Shown piece after piece: positions 55,002-63,752 of a stretch of DNA of 64,000 nt (the stretch's first letter is position 1; each line of letters begins with the position of its first letter). The notes below the pieces were generated by a model. It made no database searches and had not been told where the DNA came from. It saw only the letters and a program-made list of their open reading frames with translations. Source of the DNA: a virus. The stretch is from the IMG/VR virus record IMGVR_UViG_3300010376_000033, positions 8,587-72,586 of that record; one strand, given 5' to 3'. The translations under genes and the position numbers were made by a program.

Positions 55002-55426
55002 GTGGACTGTGGTACGCAACGCTCCTTGACCGGGCCTTCCAGGAAACCGACGATATTGCCGTGGCGCTGGCGGCGGCGGACTTGGCCTACCGGGAATGCC
55101 CCGAGCCGCCGGACGGCATCGTGCTAGGCAGGGTCGATGAAGCGGCCCAGGCGGAGAGTCTTGCGCCAGAGGGGGCATCCAGGGCGGCGCCTCCTCGTGG
55201 GCAGGCGTCGCCTCGCGCTGGTGTGGATAATCTGGCGCAAGACTCCCCGCCTGGGCCGCCCGAGCCGGACGATCCGACCATTATCTTTGCCGGCGAGGGC
55301 GGCGGCCCAGCCACGGGCGATTTCGCACCCGAGCCCAAGGACAAGGCCAGGAAGCACGCCCCGACGCGCAAAAAGGCCCGCCGCCTCTCCAATAAGAGGA
55401 AGAGCAAGAAGACACGGAGGCTATAA
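54998..55426 (+). CDS. Hypothetical low-complexity protein with basic tail
   Basis: ATGA and TAATG overlaps. Confidence 0.5.
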   Translation: MSGLWYATLLDRAFQETDDIAVALAAADLAYRECPEPPDGIVLGRVDEAAQAESLAPEGASRAAPPRGQASPRAGVDNLAQDSPPGPPEPDDPTIIFAGEGGGPATGDFAPEPKDKARKHAPTRKKARRLSNKRKSKKTRRL

Positions 55427-56979
55427 TGGCCCGGGACGAACGCTTCGGCACCGAGCCGCCCGGTCCTGGCTGGACTTATAAGGGCGAGTTGCGCTGGATT
55501 CGTGGGGACGTGGCCATGACCGATAATCCCAAGGTGCCCGAGCGTGGCCCGCGCCTGGCTATTGTCGGTGGCGGCCCGGCCGGTCTGTTCACGGCCTATC
55601 TCCTTAATAAGCTCTTTCCCGCCGCCGAAGTAACGCTCTTTGAAGCCACGGACTTCCTGGGCGGCAAACTCCATACCGACCGCTTTGACGACGGCACCTT
55701 GTTCGAGGCCGGCGTCGCGGAGTTATATGAATACCTGGGGCCCGGCGGCCGGGATGCGCTGCGGCAATTGATCGAAGAAGACCTGGGGCTGCCCACCGTC
55801 AATATGAAGGGCGGCGCCGTCATCTTAGACGAGAAGTTGGTGCGCACGGTCGATGAAGTCGAAGGCGCCTTCGCGCGCGCTACGGCGGAGAACATTAGAA
55901 AATTTCATGATCGCGTGGCCGAGTTGATGCCCCTGGCCAAGTACGCCCGCCGCTGGCAGCCGGATAACAGCCATCCCTGGGCCGACAAAACCTTCCATGA
56001 GTGCATCCGCCAGGAAATTCCGGACGATCCGGTTGCCGTCTGCTACATCGAGACCGCCGTTCACACCGACCTGGCCACCGAGCCACATACCTGCAATGGA
56101 CTCAATGGCATCAAGAATGTCCTTATGGATAATGACAAGTACATGCAGCTCTATCATATACGGGGCGGCCTGGATCGCATTGTCTGTGAATTGAAACTTA
56201 AGATCGACGCCTATTATCGTCTGCATGCCGTGGTCACCCGTATCGTGTCCAGCGGCCATTCTTTTACCTTGCACTATGTGCATGGCACGGAAAAAGAGCA
56301 GGAAGAGTTCGAGGCCGTCATCGTGGCCATTCCCAATCACTGGCTCAGTCAAATTCGTTTTGACAATCCGTCCTTGGCCCAGGCGATTCATACTGTCATC
56401 GCCCACTATGATTTGCCGGCCCATTATTTGCGCGTCTCGCTCCTTTTTGATGAGCCATTCTGGGACAAGCACCGGATTCCGGGTGATTTTTGGATGATGG
56501 ACCTTTATAACGGCTGCTGTGTTTATAACGAGTCCTACCGCTGGGTCAGCACGCGCGGCCATGTGCTATCGTTCTTGATCCCCGGCCAGGACGCGCTCTT
56601 GCAAGCCTCGGAGAACCAGGACACCGTTGAGATTGTCGAGCGTCTGGTCAACCGGCTGCCTGACCTCCTGCGCGATGACGCCCGCCGCCATCTCAGGGAC
56701 GCGCAGATTGACAGCTACCTGGGCTCGGTCAATGCCCAGCCGGGCGGCTGGCCGGCGGAGGAATTGCGCCAGGAACATTATCCCGACCCCCAGAATAATC
56801 CCGGCTTTTTCCTGGTCGGCGATTACTTTTTTGATTCGACCCTGAACGCCTGCTTGATCTCCGCACATACGGCAGTCGAGTATGTCCTGGACTATTTCGA
56901 CGCCCCCGAGCCCAAGCGCGAGGGTTTCTTGAAGAACCTCTATTCTGCGGGCAAGTCCTTGTCCCTGACCGCGAGCTAG
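55426..56979 (+). CDS. FAD-dependent oxidoreductase (flavin amine oxidase family)
   Basis: LAIVGGGPAGLFTAYLL...VTLFEATDFLGGKL, FEAGVAEL, C-terminal FFLVGDY...TLNACLISA. Confidence 0.88.
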   Translation: MARDERFGTEPPGPGWTYKGELRWIRGDVAMTDNPKVPERGPRLAIVGGGPAGLFTAYLLNKLFPAAEVTLFEATDFLGGKLHTDRFDDGTLFEAGVAELYEYLGPGGRDALRQLIEEDLGLPTVNMKGGAVILDEKLVRTVDEVEGAFARATAENIRKFHDRVAELMPLAKYARRWQPDNSHPWADKTFHECIRQEIPDDPVAVCYIETAVHTDLATEPHTCNGLNGIKNVLMDNDKYMQLYHIRGGLDRIVCELKLKIDAYYRLHAVVTRIVSSGHSFTLHYVHGTEKEQEEFEAVIVAIPNHWLSQIRFDNPSLAQAIHTVIAHYDLPAHYLRVSLLFDEPFWDKHRIPGDFWMMDLYNGCCVYNESYRWVSTRGHVLSFLIPGQDALLQASENQDTVEIVERLVNRLPDLLRDDARRHLRDAQIDSYLGSVNAQPGGWPAEELRQEHYPDPQNNPGFFLVGDYFFDSTLNACLISAHTAVEYVLDYFDAPEPKREGFLKNLYSAGKSLSLTAS

Positions 56980-56984
56980 CCGCC

Positions 56985-58271
56985 ATGCCAAACGCCATCA
57001 TCGCGCCGGCGCTTCAGGCTCCTTCGCAGGCGTCGGGCGTGCCGGGCAGCTCGCTGCCCACGGGGCCAGTAAGCCTTCTTTTGGAAGACCCACGTTTTGC
57101 CCGGGCACCGCGCTTGCAGTTTACGCGCGAGGATATTCCGGAATTGCGCCTAGCGGGCACTTTCTTTCTGCCGTCGGGACGCTGGCCAGCCCGGGGTTGG
57201 TTTCTGGTCAAGCGCGGCGACTTGGACTTGCTCCAGAACAAGTTTCGTACCGACCTCCAACTCGCCCTCGACGATTTTTTGGGCGGGGCCGTCACTTATA
57301 AGAATCTGTGCCTGGTGCAAGCACGCAATGTGACGGCGGGCGTCTTGGGCGATCCCAACGCGCTCTATCTGGTTGAATTGACCGATGCCCGTGGCATTCT
57401 GTGGAACCCGTGGGCGTCGTTCCCGACCAACACGCAGTACAACGTCCGCGCCCCGGCTTATGCGGGCGGTTTTTATGAATTATCCGCGCCCCTGGCTTTG
57501 TGGAGCTGGGACACATTGGTCGGCGATTTGTGGGACCAGATGGGCGCCTTCCTGGGCCCTTATCCCGGCCTGCCCGTTACACCGCACGGCACGCCGGAGA
57601 ATTATATTTTCCCGGGCGTATCGGCGTGGTTGGCTCTCAATCAAATTCTCGAACTCTGCGGCCTGACGGTGGCCGTTGATTTGACTCAGGACAACCCCTA
57701 CACGATTGTTCCTTTGGGTGCGGCGGATGCCGATTACGACCGCATTGTGGCGCTGGCCCAGGGCCGCCTGGAGGATGATTGGGATTACATCGATCTGGGC
57801 TCAGGCCGTGTGCCCAAGCAGGTGACGGTGTATTTTCATCGCCGCAATCAATATTACGGCACCGAGGAGACGGTGCGCGGCGACCGCTTCCAGTGGTCGT
57901 CTACGCCCTTATACGCCGTTACGGTGCCGGCCCCGCCGCAATTCATGCAGGCCGCCGGCACGGCCTTTCTCTGGGATGATTTCACGGTCCAGTTTGACGT
58001 GGACAACAACCCCCTGGCCGGTGACGTCGCCGCCGCCGCTGATATTGCCCAGGATCGAGCCACGCAGTATTATAACCGGATTTACCGGGGGACGCTGGGC
58101 TATCAGCGCCGCCTGTACGCCGGACTCTTGCCCTTTACGCCGGGAGCGCAAGTGGACGGCGTGCGCTTGTTTATGGACTTTCGCCGAGGCTCTCTGGGGT
58201 GGTCCACCGAGACGGTGCGCGGTCCGGACCCGCCCTGGCCCGAAGTGCGTGTGCGGGAGATGGGTTCTTGA
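56985..58271 (+). CDS. Putative baseplate hub / tail protein
   Basis: Tail context; VELTDARG.L and ENY.FPGVSAW.AL..IL patterns. Confidence 0.5.
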   Translation: MPNAIIAPALQAPSQASGVPGSSLPTGPVSLLLEDPRFARAPRLQFTREDIPELRLAGTFFLPSGRWPARGWFLVKRGDLDLLQNKFRTDLQLALDDFLGGAVTYKNLCLVQARNVTAGVLGDPNALYLVELTDARGILWNPWASFPTNTQYNVRAPAYAGGFYELSAPLALWSWDTLVGDLWDQMGAFLGPYPGLPVTPHGTPENYIFPGVSAWLALNQILELCGLTVAVDLTQDNPYTIVPLGAADADYDRIVALAQGRLEDDWDYIDLGSGRVPKQVTVYFHRRNQYYGTEETVRGDRFQWSSTPLYAVTVPAPPQFMQAAGTAFLWDDFTVQFDVDNNPLAGDVAAAADIAQDRATQYYNRIYRGTLGYQRRLYAGLLPFTPGAQVDGVRLFMDFRRGSLGWSTETVRGPDPPWPEVRVREMGS

Positions 58272-58927
58272 TTATTTATCTGATCCGGCATGGCCAAAGG
58301 ACGCCCAACCGTTCCGAACGGCAAGAGATCGTCAAGCTCACGACGAAGGGCGTGGAACAAGCGCACGCCGTCGGCCGCTTTCTCCGGGAGCATCCCGTCG
58401 ATCTGGCCCTGGCCTCGCCCAAATGGCGGACGATCGATACGGCGATCTGCGCCACGCCCTTGCACCTGCGGCCGATCCAGGTTTGGCCGTGCCTGGTGGA
58501 ATACGATCTTTATGGCCCGATGGATTATGTGCCGGAATCGTTGACGCCGGCCTGCCAGTTTGAGCCGTTGCGCTCCTTGCCCGAGCATACACCCGGCGAG
58601 AAGAGCAAGGACTGTCCGGAGTCGTTCCCCGAGGCGTTTCGCCGTGCCCATTTCGCCTTGCAATGCCTGAAACACCTGCGCCTCAAGCGGCTGGCGGTCT
58701 TTTCCCACAAGGTCTTCAACTCGCTGCTTATCTGGTCCTGGCTGGGCGCGTATGGCCTGCGCGAGAAGGACTGCTATCCCCAAGAGGATGGCTGCATCAA
58801 CATACTGGAGACCGGCAAGCCGCCGGTTATCAACTTCACTGGCCATCTTGGCGATGGCCAGCCGCATAATGTGGACCTGGACTTGGATTTGATCGCGGCG
58901 GTGCTGTTGCAGACTTTGAGCGTCTAA
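58268..58927 (+). CDS. Histidine phosphatase (phosphoglycerate mutase superfamily)
   Basis: IYLIRHGQ, ASPKWRTIDTA, LVEYD, FSH; TTG start overlapping the upstream TGA. Confidence 0.85.
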   Translation: MIIYLIRHGQRTPNRSERQEIVKLTTKGVEQAHAVGRFLREHPVDLALASPKWRTIDTAICATPLHLRPIQVWPCLVEYDLYGPMDYVPESLTPACQFEPLRSLPEHTPGEKSKDCPESFPEAFRRAHFALQCLKHLRLKRLAVFSHKVFNSLLIWSWLGAYGLREKDCYPQEDGCINILETGKPPVINFTGHLGDGQPHNVDLDLDLIAAVLLQTLSV

Positions 58928-59256
58928 TGGATTCGACCAATCACGAGCCGCCGTTTTTCGGCCCCGAGCATGCCGTCTATCCGGCCCTTGACCATATCGT
59001 CCGCGTCGTCGGCCTGGCCGTGGACGCCAGCGGCCGTCCCCTGGGCACGAACGTCTACAACGGCTTTATTCAGCAGTGGAACCCCACGCTCCGCCTGCGT
59101 GACCGCGAGGCGGTCTACGTCTGGGAACCGAATGGCAATCTGCTCTTGCCGGGTTATTACGACGCCCGCCTGGTCGGCCCTTTTAACCAATTGCCCTTGC
59201 TCGTGACCTGGTGTTGCGGCCGACCGGCTTCTTCTTCCTCGTCCTCGTCGTCCTGA
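58927..59256 (+). CDS. Short paralog of the N-terminal domain of the mucin-like protein, ending in poly-Ser
   Basis: RLRDREAVYVWEPN / RLRDRAAVYVWEPN, ARLVG and CC shared; C-terminal SSSSSSSS. Confidence 0.75.
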   Translation: MDSTNHEPPFFGPEHAVYPALDHIVRVVGLAVDASGRPLGTNVYNGFIQQWNPTLRLRDREAVYVWEPNGNLLLPGYYDARLVGPFNQLPLLVTWCCGRPASSSSSSSS

Positions 59257-61106
59257 TGAACTCAACCAACGACCAAGAGCCATTTCTGGGGCCGCGCCAT
59301 GCGATCTGGCCGCAGATCATGGAGGTGGTGCGGGTCACGCCCCAGATCGATCTGCCCTTTGTTTATGTCGCCTATCTCCAGCAGCAAGACGCACCCAACC
59401 AGCGCTTGCGCGACCGGGCGGCGGTCTATGTCTGGGAGCCCAACAATATCACCATTCCGCCGGCCTTTTATAAGGCCAGGCTGGTGGGCAGTTATGACGG
59501 CCTCTTTGGCCGCCTGCCTCTTTACGCCTTGTCGCTCTTGTGCTGCGCTCCGGCGGGCTCGCGTAGCGCCGTGCCCTCTCCTTCTAGCTCCTTGTCGTCG
59601 CCGTCCTTCTTGTTGCCCAGCAGCCTGTCGCCGTCGGTGTCGTCGCCGAGCTTGCCGTCGTTCCGCGTGCCGTCCGTGTCCGTGTCGCCGTCGTCTTTGA
59701 GCGTGTCGCCCTCGGCCGTGCGTTTGCCGTTCTTGCCCTCCGTGTCCGTGTCGCCGTCCTCGGTTTCCTCCTCGCTGTCGGCACCGTCGTTTCCCTTGCC
59801 CAGCGCCCCGGTGTCCGTGTCGCCGTCGCCCTCTTCGGTATCGCCCTTTCCCTTACCGTCCTTTTTGTTCCCGTCGCCATCGCCGTCTTCGCTTTCGCCC
59901 TTTCCCTTGCCCTTGTTTTTGTTGCCGTCCGTATCCGTGTCGCCGTCGTCTTTGAGCGTGTCGTCGTCTGTATCGTCCGCCGTTTCCGTATCGTTATCGC
60001 CGTCGTCGGTCCGTATTTCCTCACCGTCCGTGTCCCTGTCATCGCCCGTGCTGCCCTCCTTGGTGTCGCCCTCGGTCTCGCCTAGCTCGCCCTCCTTGTC
60101 GTCGCTGTCGTTGGCACCCGTGTCGTTGCCGTCGTTCGTGTCGCCGTCTCCTCTCTCCGTGTCGCCGTCCTTGTCGTCCGCCGTTTCCCTGTCCTTATCT
60201 CCTTCGTCCGTTAGTATTTCCTCACCTAGCGCCGTCAGTCCTTCTTCGTTAAGTGTGTCGGCGGTTAGCCCCTCTTCCTTGAGTGTGTCGGCGGTCAGCC
60301 CCTCTTCCTTGAGTGTGTCGGCGGTCAGTCCTTCTTCCTTGAGCGTGTCGGCGCTTAGCTCGCCCTCCCCGTCCTCGTCGTCGTCTTCGTCGTCGTTCGA
60401 CATCGCGGTGTACTGGTGCATCGACTGTTCCGAATCCGGCGGGCCAGCGCGGCAATGCTTTTTCGGCACGGTGACCGACCTGGGCAACCTGCGCGGCCGC
60501 TGCAAGCTGGTCAGCGGCCCTTATCTGGACGTGCATAGCTGCGAGCGCTTTTGCTTCCCCTCGTCGGTGTCGGCTTCGCTGTCGGCCTCTTCGCTCAGCG
60601 TGCCCTCGCTCAGCTCGGTGGCCCCCTCGCGCGCTGCCGAGTCGCCGGCGCCATCGTCGTCGTCCTCGTCGCGCGTGGGCGAGGTTTCTCAGCCCAGCCA
60701 GCCCCCGACCAGGCCGTGCCGCTGTTGCACAAGCGGCTTTGGTCCTTTGCAGGTGATGGTGACGTTCTCGGGCGTTACCCCGACGCAGCCCGTTGGCAGC
60801 CAGTGCGATCAGTTTAACAACACGTTCATCCTGACCTGGCTGACCTACGGCGGCCAGGTGCCGAGATCGTGTCTATGGGCGGTTGGCTTCGAGCCGACCA
60901 TCCAGGGCTCGATCGGCTTTTGCCTCCAGTGCATCGACTTCTGGGAGTTTTCCCTCGATTGCTTTACAACAAGCAATGTGCCCTTTGATTATCAGGGGCC
61001 GGTGCTATGGGACTGTGCCAGCGCCATGACCCTGGTGTATCAGGGCAACGCCATCAACCTGGGCTGCAAGAATTGGCCGGCCACCATCCAGATTATTCCT
61101 GTCTAA
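59256..61106 (+). CDS. Ser/Pro-rich mucin-like protein with Cys-rich C-terminal domains, putative fibre or appendage
   Basis: About 280 aa of S/P/V/L only (about 59560-60398) between a conserved N-domain and two Cys-rich domains. Confidence 0.75.
   Translation: MNSTNDQEPFLGPRHAIWPQIMEVVRVTPQIDLPFVYVAYLQQQDAPNQRLRDRAAVYVWEPNNITIPPAFYKARLVGSYDGLFGRLPLYALSLLCCAPAGSRSAVPSPSSSLSSPSFLLPSSLSPSVSSPSLPSFRVPSVSVSPSSLSVSPSAVRLPFLPSVSVSPSSVSSSLSAPSFPLPSAPVSVSPSPSSVSPFPLPSFLFPSPSPSSLSPFPLPLFLLPSVSVSPSSLSVSSSVSSAVSVSLSPSSVRISSPSVSLSSPVLPSLVSPSVSPSSPSLSSLSLAPVSLPSFVSPSPLSVSPSLSSAVSLSLSPSSVSISSPSAVSPSSLSVSAVSPSSLSVSAVSPSSLSVSAVSPSSLSVSALSSPSPSSSSSSSSFDIAVYWCIDCSESGGPARQCFFGTVTDLGNLRGRCKLVSGPYLDVHSCERFCFPSSVSASLSASSLSVPSLSSVAPSRAAESPAPSSSSSSRVGEVSQPSQPPTRPCRCCTSGFGPLQVMVTFSGVTPTQPVGSQCDQFNNTFILTWLTYGGQVPRSCLWAVGFEPTIQGSIGFCLQCIDFWEFSLDCFTTSNVPFDYQGPVLWDCASAMTLVYQGNAINLGCKNWPATIQIIPV
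60231..60350 (+). repeat. Four tandem 30-nt repeats encoding AVSPSSLSVS
   Basis: GC(C/G)GT(C/T)AG(T/C)CC(T/C)TCTTC(G/C)TT(A/G)AG(T/C)GTGTCG x4. Confidence 0.9.
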
Positions 61107-61115
61107 GGTGCCGAC

Positions 61116-61367
61116 ATGCTGGATTGCGTCTATCTGGGCAAGCGCGGCACGCTGGCCGGCAACCGGCAGTGCCACCATCCCCAGATCACGGCCGGGCCGG
61201 CGGGCGTGCCTGAGCGCTTCTGCCGGGCCTGCCCGCACCGGCAGCCCCACGGCTCGCCCAAGGTGCCGCCGCGGACCCGAGCCGTGAGCGAGCGCTGCCC
61301 GCAGCTAAAAAGGCGGGCCCGGGATGAGCAGGGCAAGATCAAGAAGCGCTCCTGTCCGGTCGGCTGA
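61116..61367 (+). CDS. Small Cys-rich protein
   Basis: CVYLG...CHHP...CRACPH. Confidence 0.55.
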   Translation: MLDCVYLGKRGTLAGNRQCHHPQITAGPAGVPERFCRACPHRQPHGSPKVPPRTRAVSERCPQLKRRARDEQGKIKKRSCPVG

Positions 61368-61376
61368 GGCGGCCAT

Positions 61377-62423
61377 GTGAAAGAGCTGGACGTGTTCCAG
61401 TGTGGCCATAGCTCGACGGCGGATGAGATCACCTTGCTCGACTGTGTTGCTTGCGCTTACAAGCCGAGATATGTTATGCCGGAAGTCAAAAAACTGATCT
61501 TCAAGAACTTCCTGTCCCCGGGAGATGTCCTGTGCATGACGGCGGCCCTGTACTCCTTGCATCGTGCTTTTCCCGGTGCCTACAAGACTGCCGTGGACAC
61601 TTCCTGCCAGGCCCTTTGGGAGCATAATCCCGACGTATCGCCTCTGGCAGAAGCGCAAGCAGAGGGCGACTGGCAGGTCTTGCCCATGCAGTACAACGTC
61701 GTCAACCAGTCGAACCAGCGCGCTATCCATGTCCTCGACGGCTATTGCCAGGATTTGGAGAACCATCTGGGCGTCCATGTGCCGCTCTTTACCAACAAGC
61801 CGCTGCTCTTTCTGTCGGCCCAGGAACGGAGCTGGCTGAACCAGGTCGCCCAGGAGACGGGGCGGCAAGTCAAGTTTTGGGTCGTCAACGCCGGCTTCAA
61901 GAATTGCTTCACGGCCAAATACTGGCCCTTTTATCAAGAAGTGGTGGACCGGCTGCAAGGCAAGGTGCAATTCGTGCAGGTGGGCAAGAAGGAGCATAAC
62001 CACCAACCCTTGCGCGGCGTTATCGACCTGCTCGACAAGACCGACGATCGCCAGTTGATTCGCTTGATCTCTCACGCCGAGGGCGTCTTGTGCGGCCTGA
62101 CCTTCACCATGCACTTAGCGGCGGCGTTCCAGAAGCCGGCGGTCATCCTGGCCGGCGGCCGCGAGCCCAAGCAATGGAACACGTATGCCAATCAGATTTT
62201 ACTGAACAATGTCGGCCAGTTGCCCTGTTGCAAGACCGAAGCGTGCTGGAAAAGCCGCACCGTCCGCCTGGGCGACGGGGCCGAGGCGGACGCTCCGGAC
62301 AAACTTTGCGCCTGCCCCGTCATGACGCCCATCCCGTCGCCGCGCTGTATGGCGCTCATCGCGCCCGACGAGGTTGTCCGGGCCATTCTGAGTTACTACG
62401 AGGGTGGCGTGTTAAATTTCTAA
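61377..62423 (+). CDS. GT9-like (ADP-heptose-type) glycosyltransferase
   Basis: SPGDVLCMTAALYSL, FVQVG, RQLIRLISHAEGVLCGLTFTMHLAAAFQKPAVIL, Cys-rich tail; start may be ATG 61476. Confidence 0.8.
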   Translation: MKELDVFQCGHSSTADEITLLDCVACAYKPRYVMPEVKKLIFKNFLSPGDVLCMTAALYSLHRAFPGAYKTAVDTSCQALWEHNPDVSPLAEAQAEGDWQVLPMQYNVVNQSNQRAIHVLDGYCQDLENHLGVHVPLFTNKPLLFLSAQERSWLNQVAQETGRQVKFWVVNAGFKNCFTAKYWPFYQEVVDRLQGKVQFVQVGKKEHNHQPLRGVIDLLDKTDDRQLIRLISHAEGVLCGLTFTMHLAAAFQKPAVILAGGREPKQWNTYANQILLNNVGQLPCCKTEACWKSRTVRLGDGAEADAPDKLCACPVMTPIPSPRCMALIAPDEVVRAILSYYEGGVLNF

Positions 62424-62430
62424 AAACTTC

Positions 62431-62458
62431 TTGACAGCGGAAAATTACCTGATACCTT
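62431..62458 (+). promoter_or_regulatory. Possible sigma70 promoter
   Basis: TTGACA-N16-TACCTT in an AT-rich gap. Confidence 0.55.
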
Positions 62459-62465
62459 AGATGGC

Positions 62466-62648
62466 ATGAAGAAGCTAGGTAAAAGAGTCACGATGAGCGT
62501 GCGGCTGCTGCCTGAGCAGCGGCGGGTTGTGGAGCTGCTGAGCGCGCATTACACGGTCGAGCTGGGCCGGCACTGCACGATGGCCGAGGTCCTGCACCGG
62601 GCCATCGAGCTGTTGGCCAAGGAAGAGGGAGTCACGGCGAAGAGGTGA
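62466..62648 (+). CDS. Small ribbon-helix-helix-like DNA-binding protein
   Basis: RVTMSVRLLPE...MAEVLHRAIELL. Confidence 0.6.
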   Translation: MKKLGKRVTMSVRLLPEQRRVVELLSAHYTVELGRHCTMAEVLHRAIELLAKEEGVTAKR

Positions 62649-62651
62649 AAT

Positions 62652-63680
62652 ATGAAAGTCCATCCCTACGCCAACTTGTTCCCGCTGCTCCCGGAAAAGG
62701 AACTGCAACGCCTCGCTGACGACATCGCGGCGCATGGCCAGGTTCACGAGATCATCACCGACCAGCAGGATCGGCTTGTCGATGGCCGCAACCGCTTGCT
62801 TGCTTGCGAGCGCGCCAAGGTTGAGCCGAAGATCGAGAAGAAGGAATTCGCTGATGACCAGGCCGTGCTGGCGTTCATTCGCTCTGTTAACGACATCCGC
62901 CGCCACCTCAACACCTCGCAGCGCGCCCTGATCGCGGCCAAGCTGGCCAACATCAAGCACGGCAGCAATCGATTTGAGACAAAGAAGGGAGTAGAGGGAC
63001 AAAATTATCCCTCTACTCCCGGCGTCAGCCTCGGCGAAGCTGCTGACATGATGGATGTCAGTAGGCCGACCGTGAAGCTCGCCAAGAAGATTCTCGGCAA
63101 GCCGCGCTTAGAGCAAGCGGTCGAGAACGGCATTCTAACCGTAGCCAAAGCCGCTAGCATGACCAAACTTCCCCAAGAAAAACAGGATCAAATCGTGGCA
63201 CAGATCGAAGCGAAGCAGGCGGCGAAGCACGAAACGAATGGAGCCGCGCATAGAACGACGAAGAAGAAGGCCAAAAAAACCAAGAGCAGCCGTGACGACA
63301 CCAAGACGGTCAAAATGCTAGCGTGGGCCAGTCGCAAAGATGTTATCACGGATGAGGAAGCTGCGAGGCATCTGGACACGTTCGCCAAAGAAGACGAGCG
63401 GCCAACCCATCCTAAAACCATGCAGCGCGTGCTGGACGATCTGAGAAGAGGCACCGGCTTTATTGTTACCAAGGCGATCGAAGGCTACCGCGTCCGCCGA
63501 GCAGTCCACTTCGCGCGCAGCGACGATCAGCTTTTGAGTAACAGTATGGAAGTTCTCCAGGAAATACGGGTGCAGATGAAGGAAATTGTCCGCCGCGATC
63601 AGCGCGACGATTTCTCCAAAGATCAGCGCTTTAAAGCTTTATTAAAGCTTCATGGCCTTATTGAAGGTCTTTTTGTTTAG
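62652..63680 (+). CDS. ParB N-terminal domain protein
   Basis: VHPYANLFPLL..ELQRLADDIAAHG...LVDGRNRLLAC...RRHLNTSQRA. Confidence 0.85.
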   Translation: MKVHPYANLFPLLPEKELQRLADDIAAHGQVHEIITDQQDRLVDGRNRLLACERAKVEPKIEKKEFADDQAVLAFIRSVNDIRRHLNTSQRALIAAKLANIKHGSNRFETKKGVEGQNYPSTPGVSLGEAADMMDVSRPTVKLAKKILGKPRLEQAVENGILTVAKAASMTKLPQEKQDQIVAQIEAKQAAKHETNGAAHRTTKKKAKKTKSSRDDTKTVKMLAWASRKDVITDEEAARHLDTFAKEDERPTHPKTMQRVLDDLRRGTGFIVTKAIEGYRVRRAVHFARSDDQLLSNSMEVLQEIRVQMKEIVRRDQRDDFSKDQRFKALLKLHGLIEGLFV

Positions 63681-63752
63681 CCCTTTGTTCGGCTAAGGCC
63701 AACGGCAGCACGTTGCAGCCAACGCTACAGCCGATTGTTTGGAGGGCCAATT

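Noticed and set aside
59522-60505. 327-aa minus-strand acidic D/T/G/E ORF
   Set aside because: Antisense shadow of the Ser/Pro repeat gene; TCN/CCN/GTN codons give few stops on the reverse strand; no RBS or operon context.
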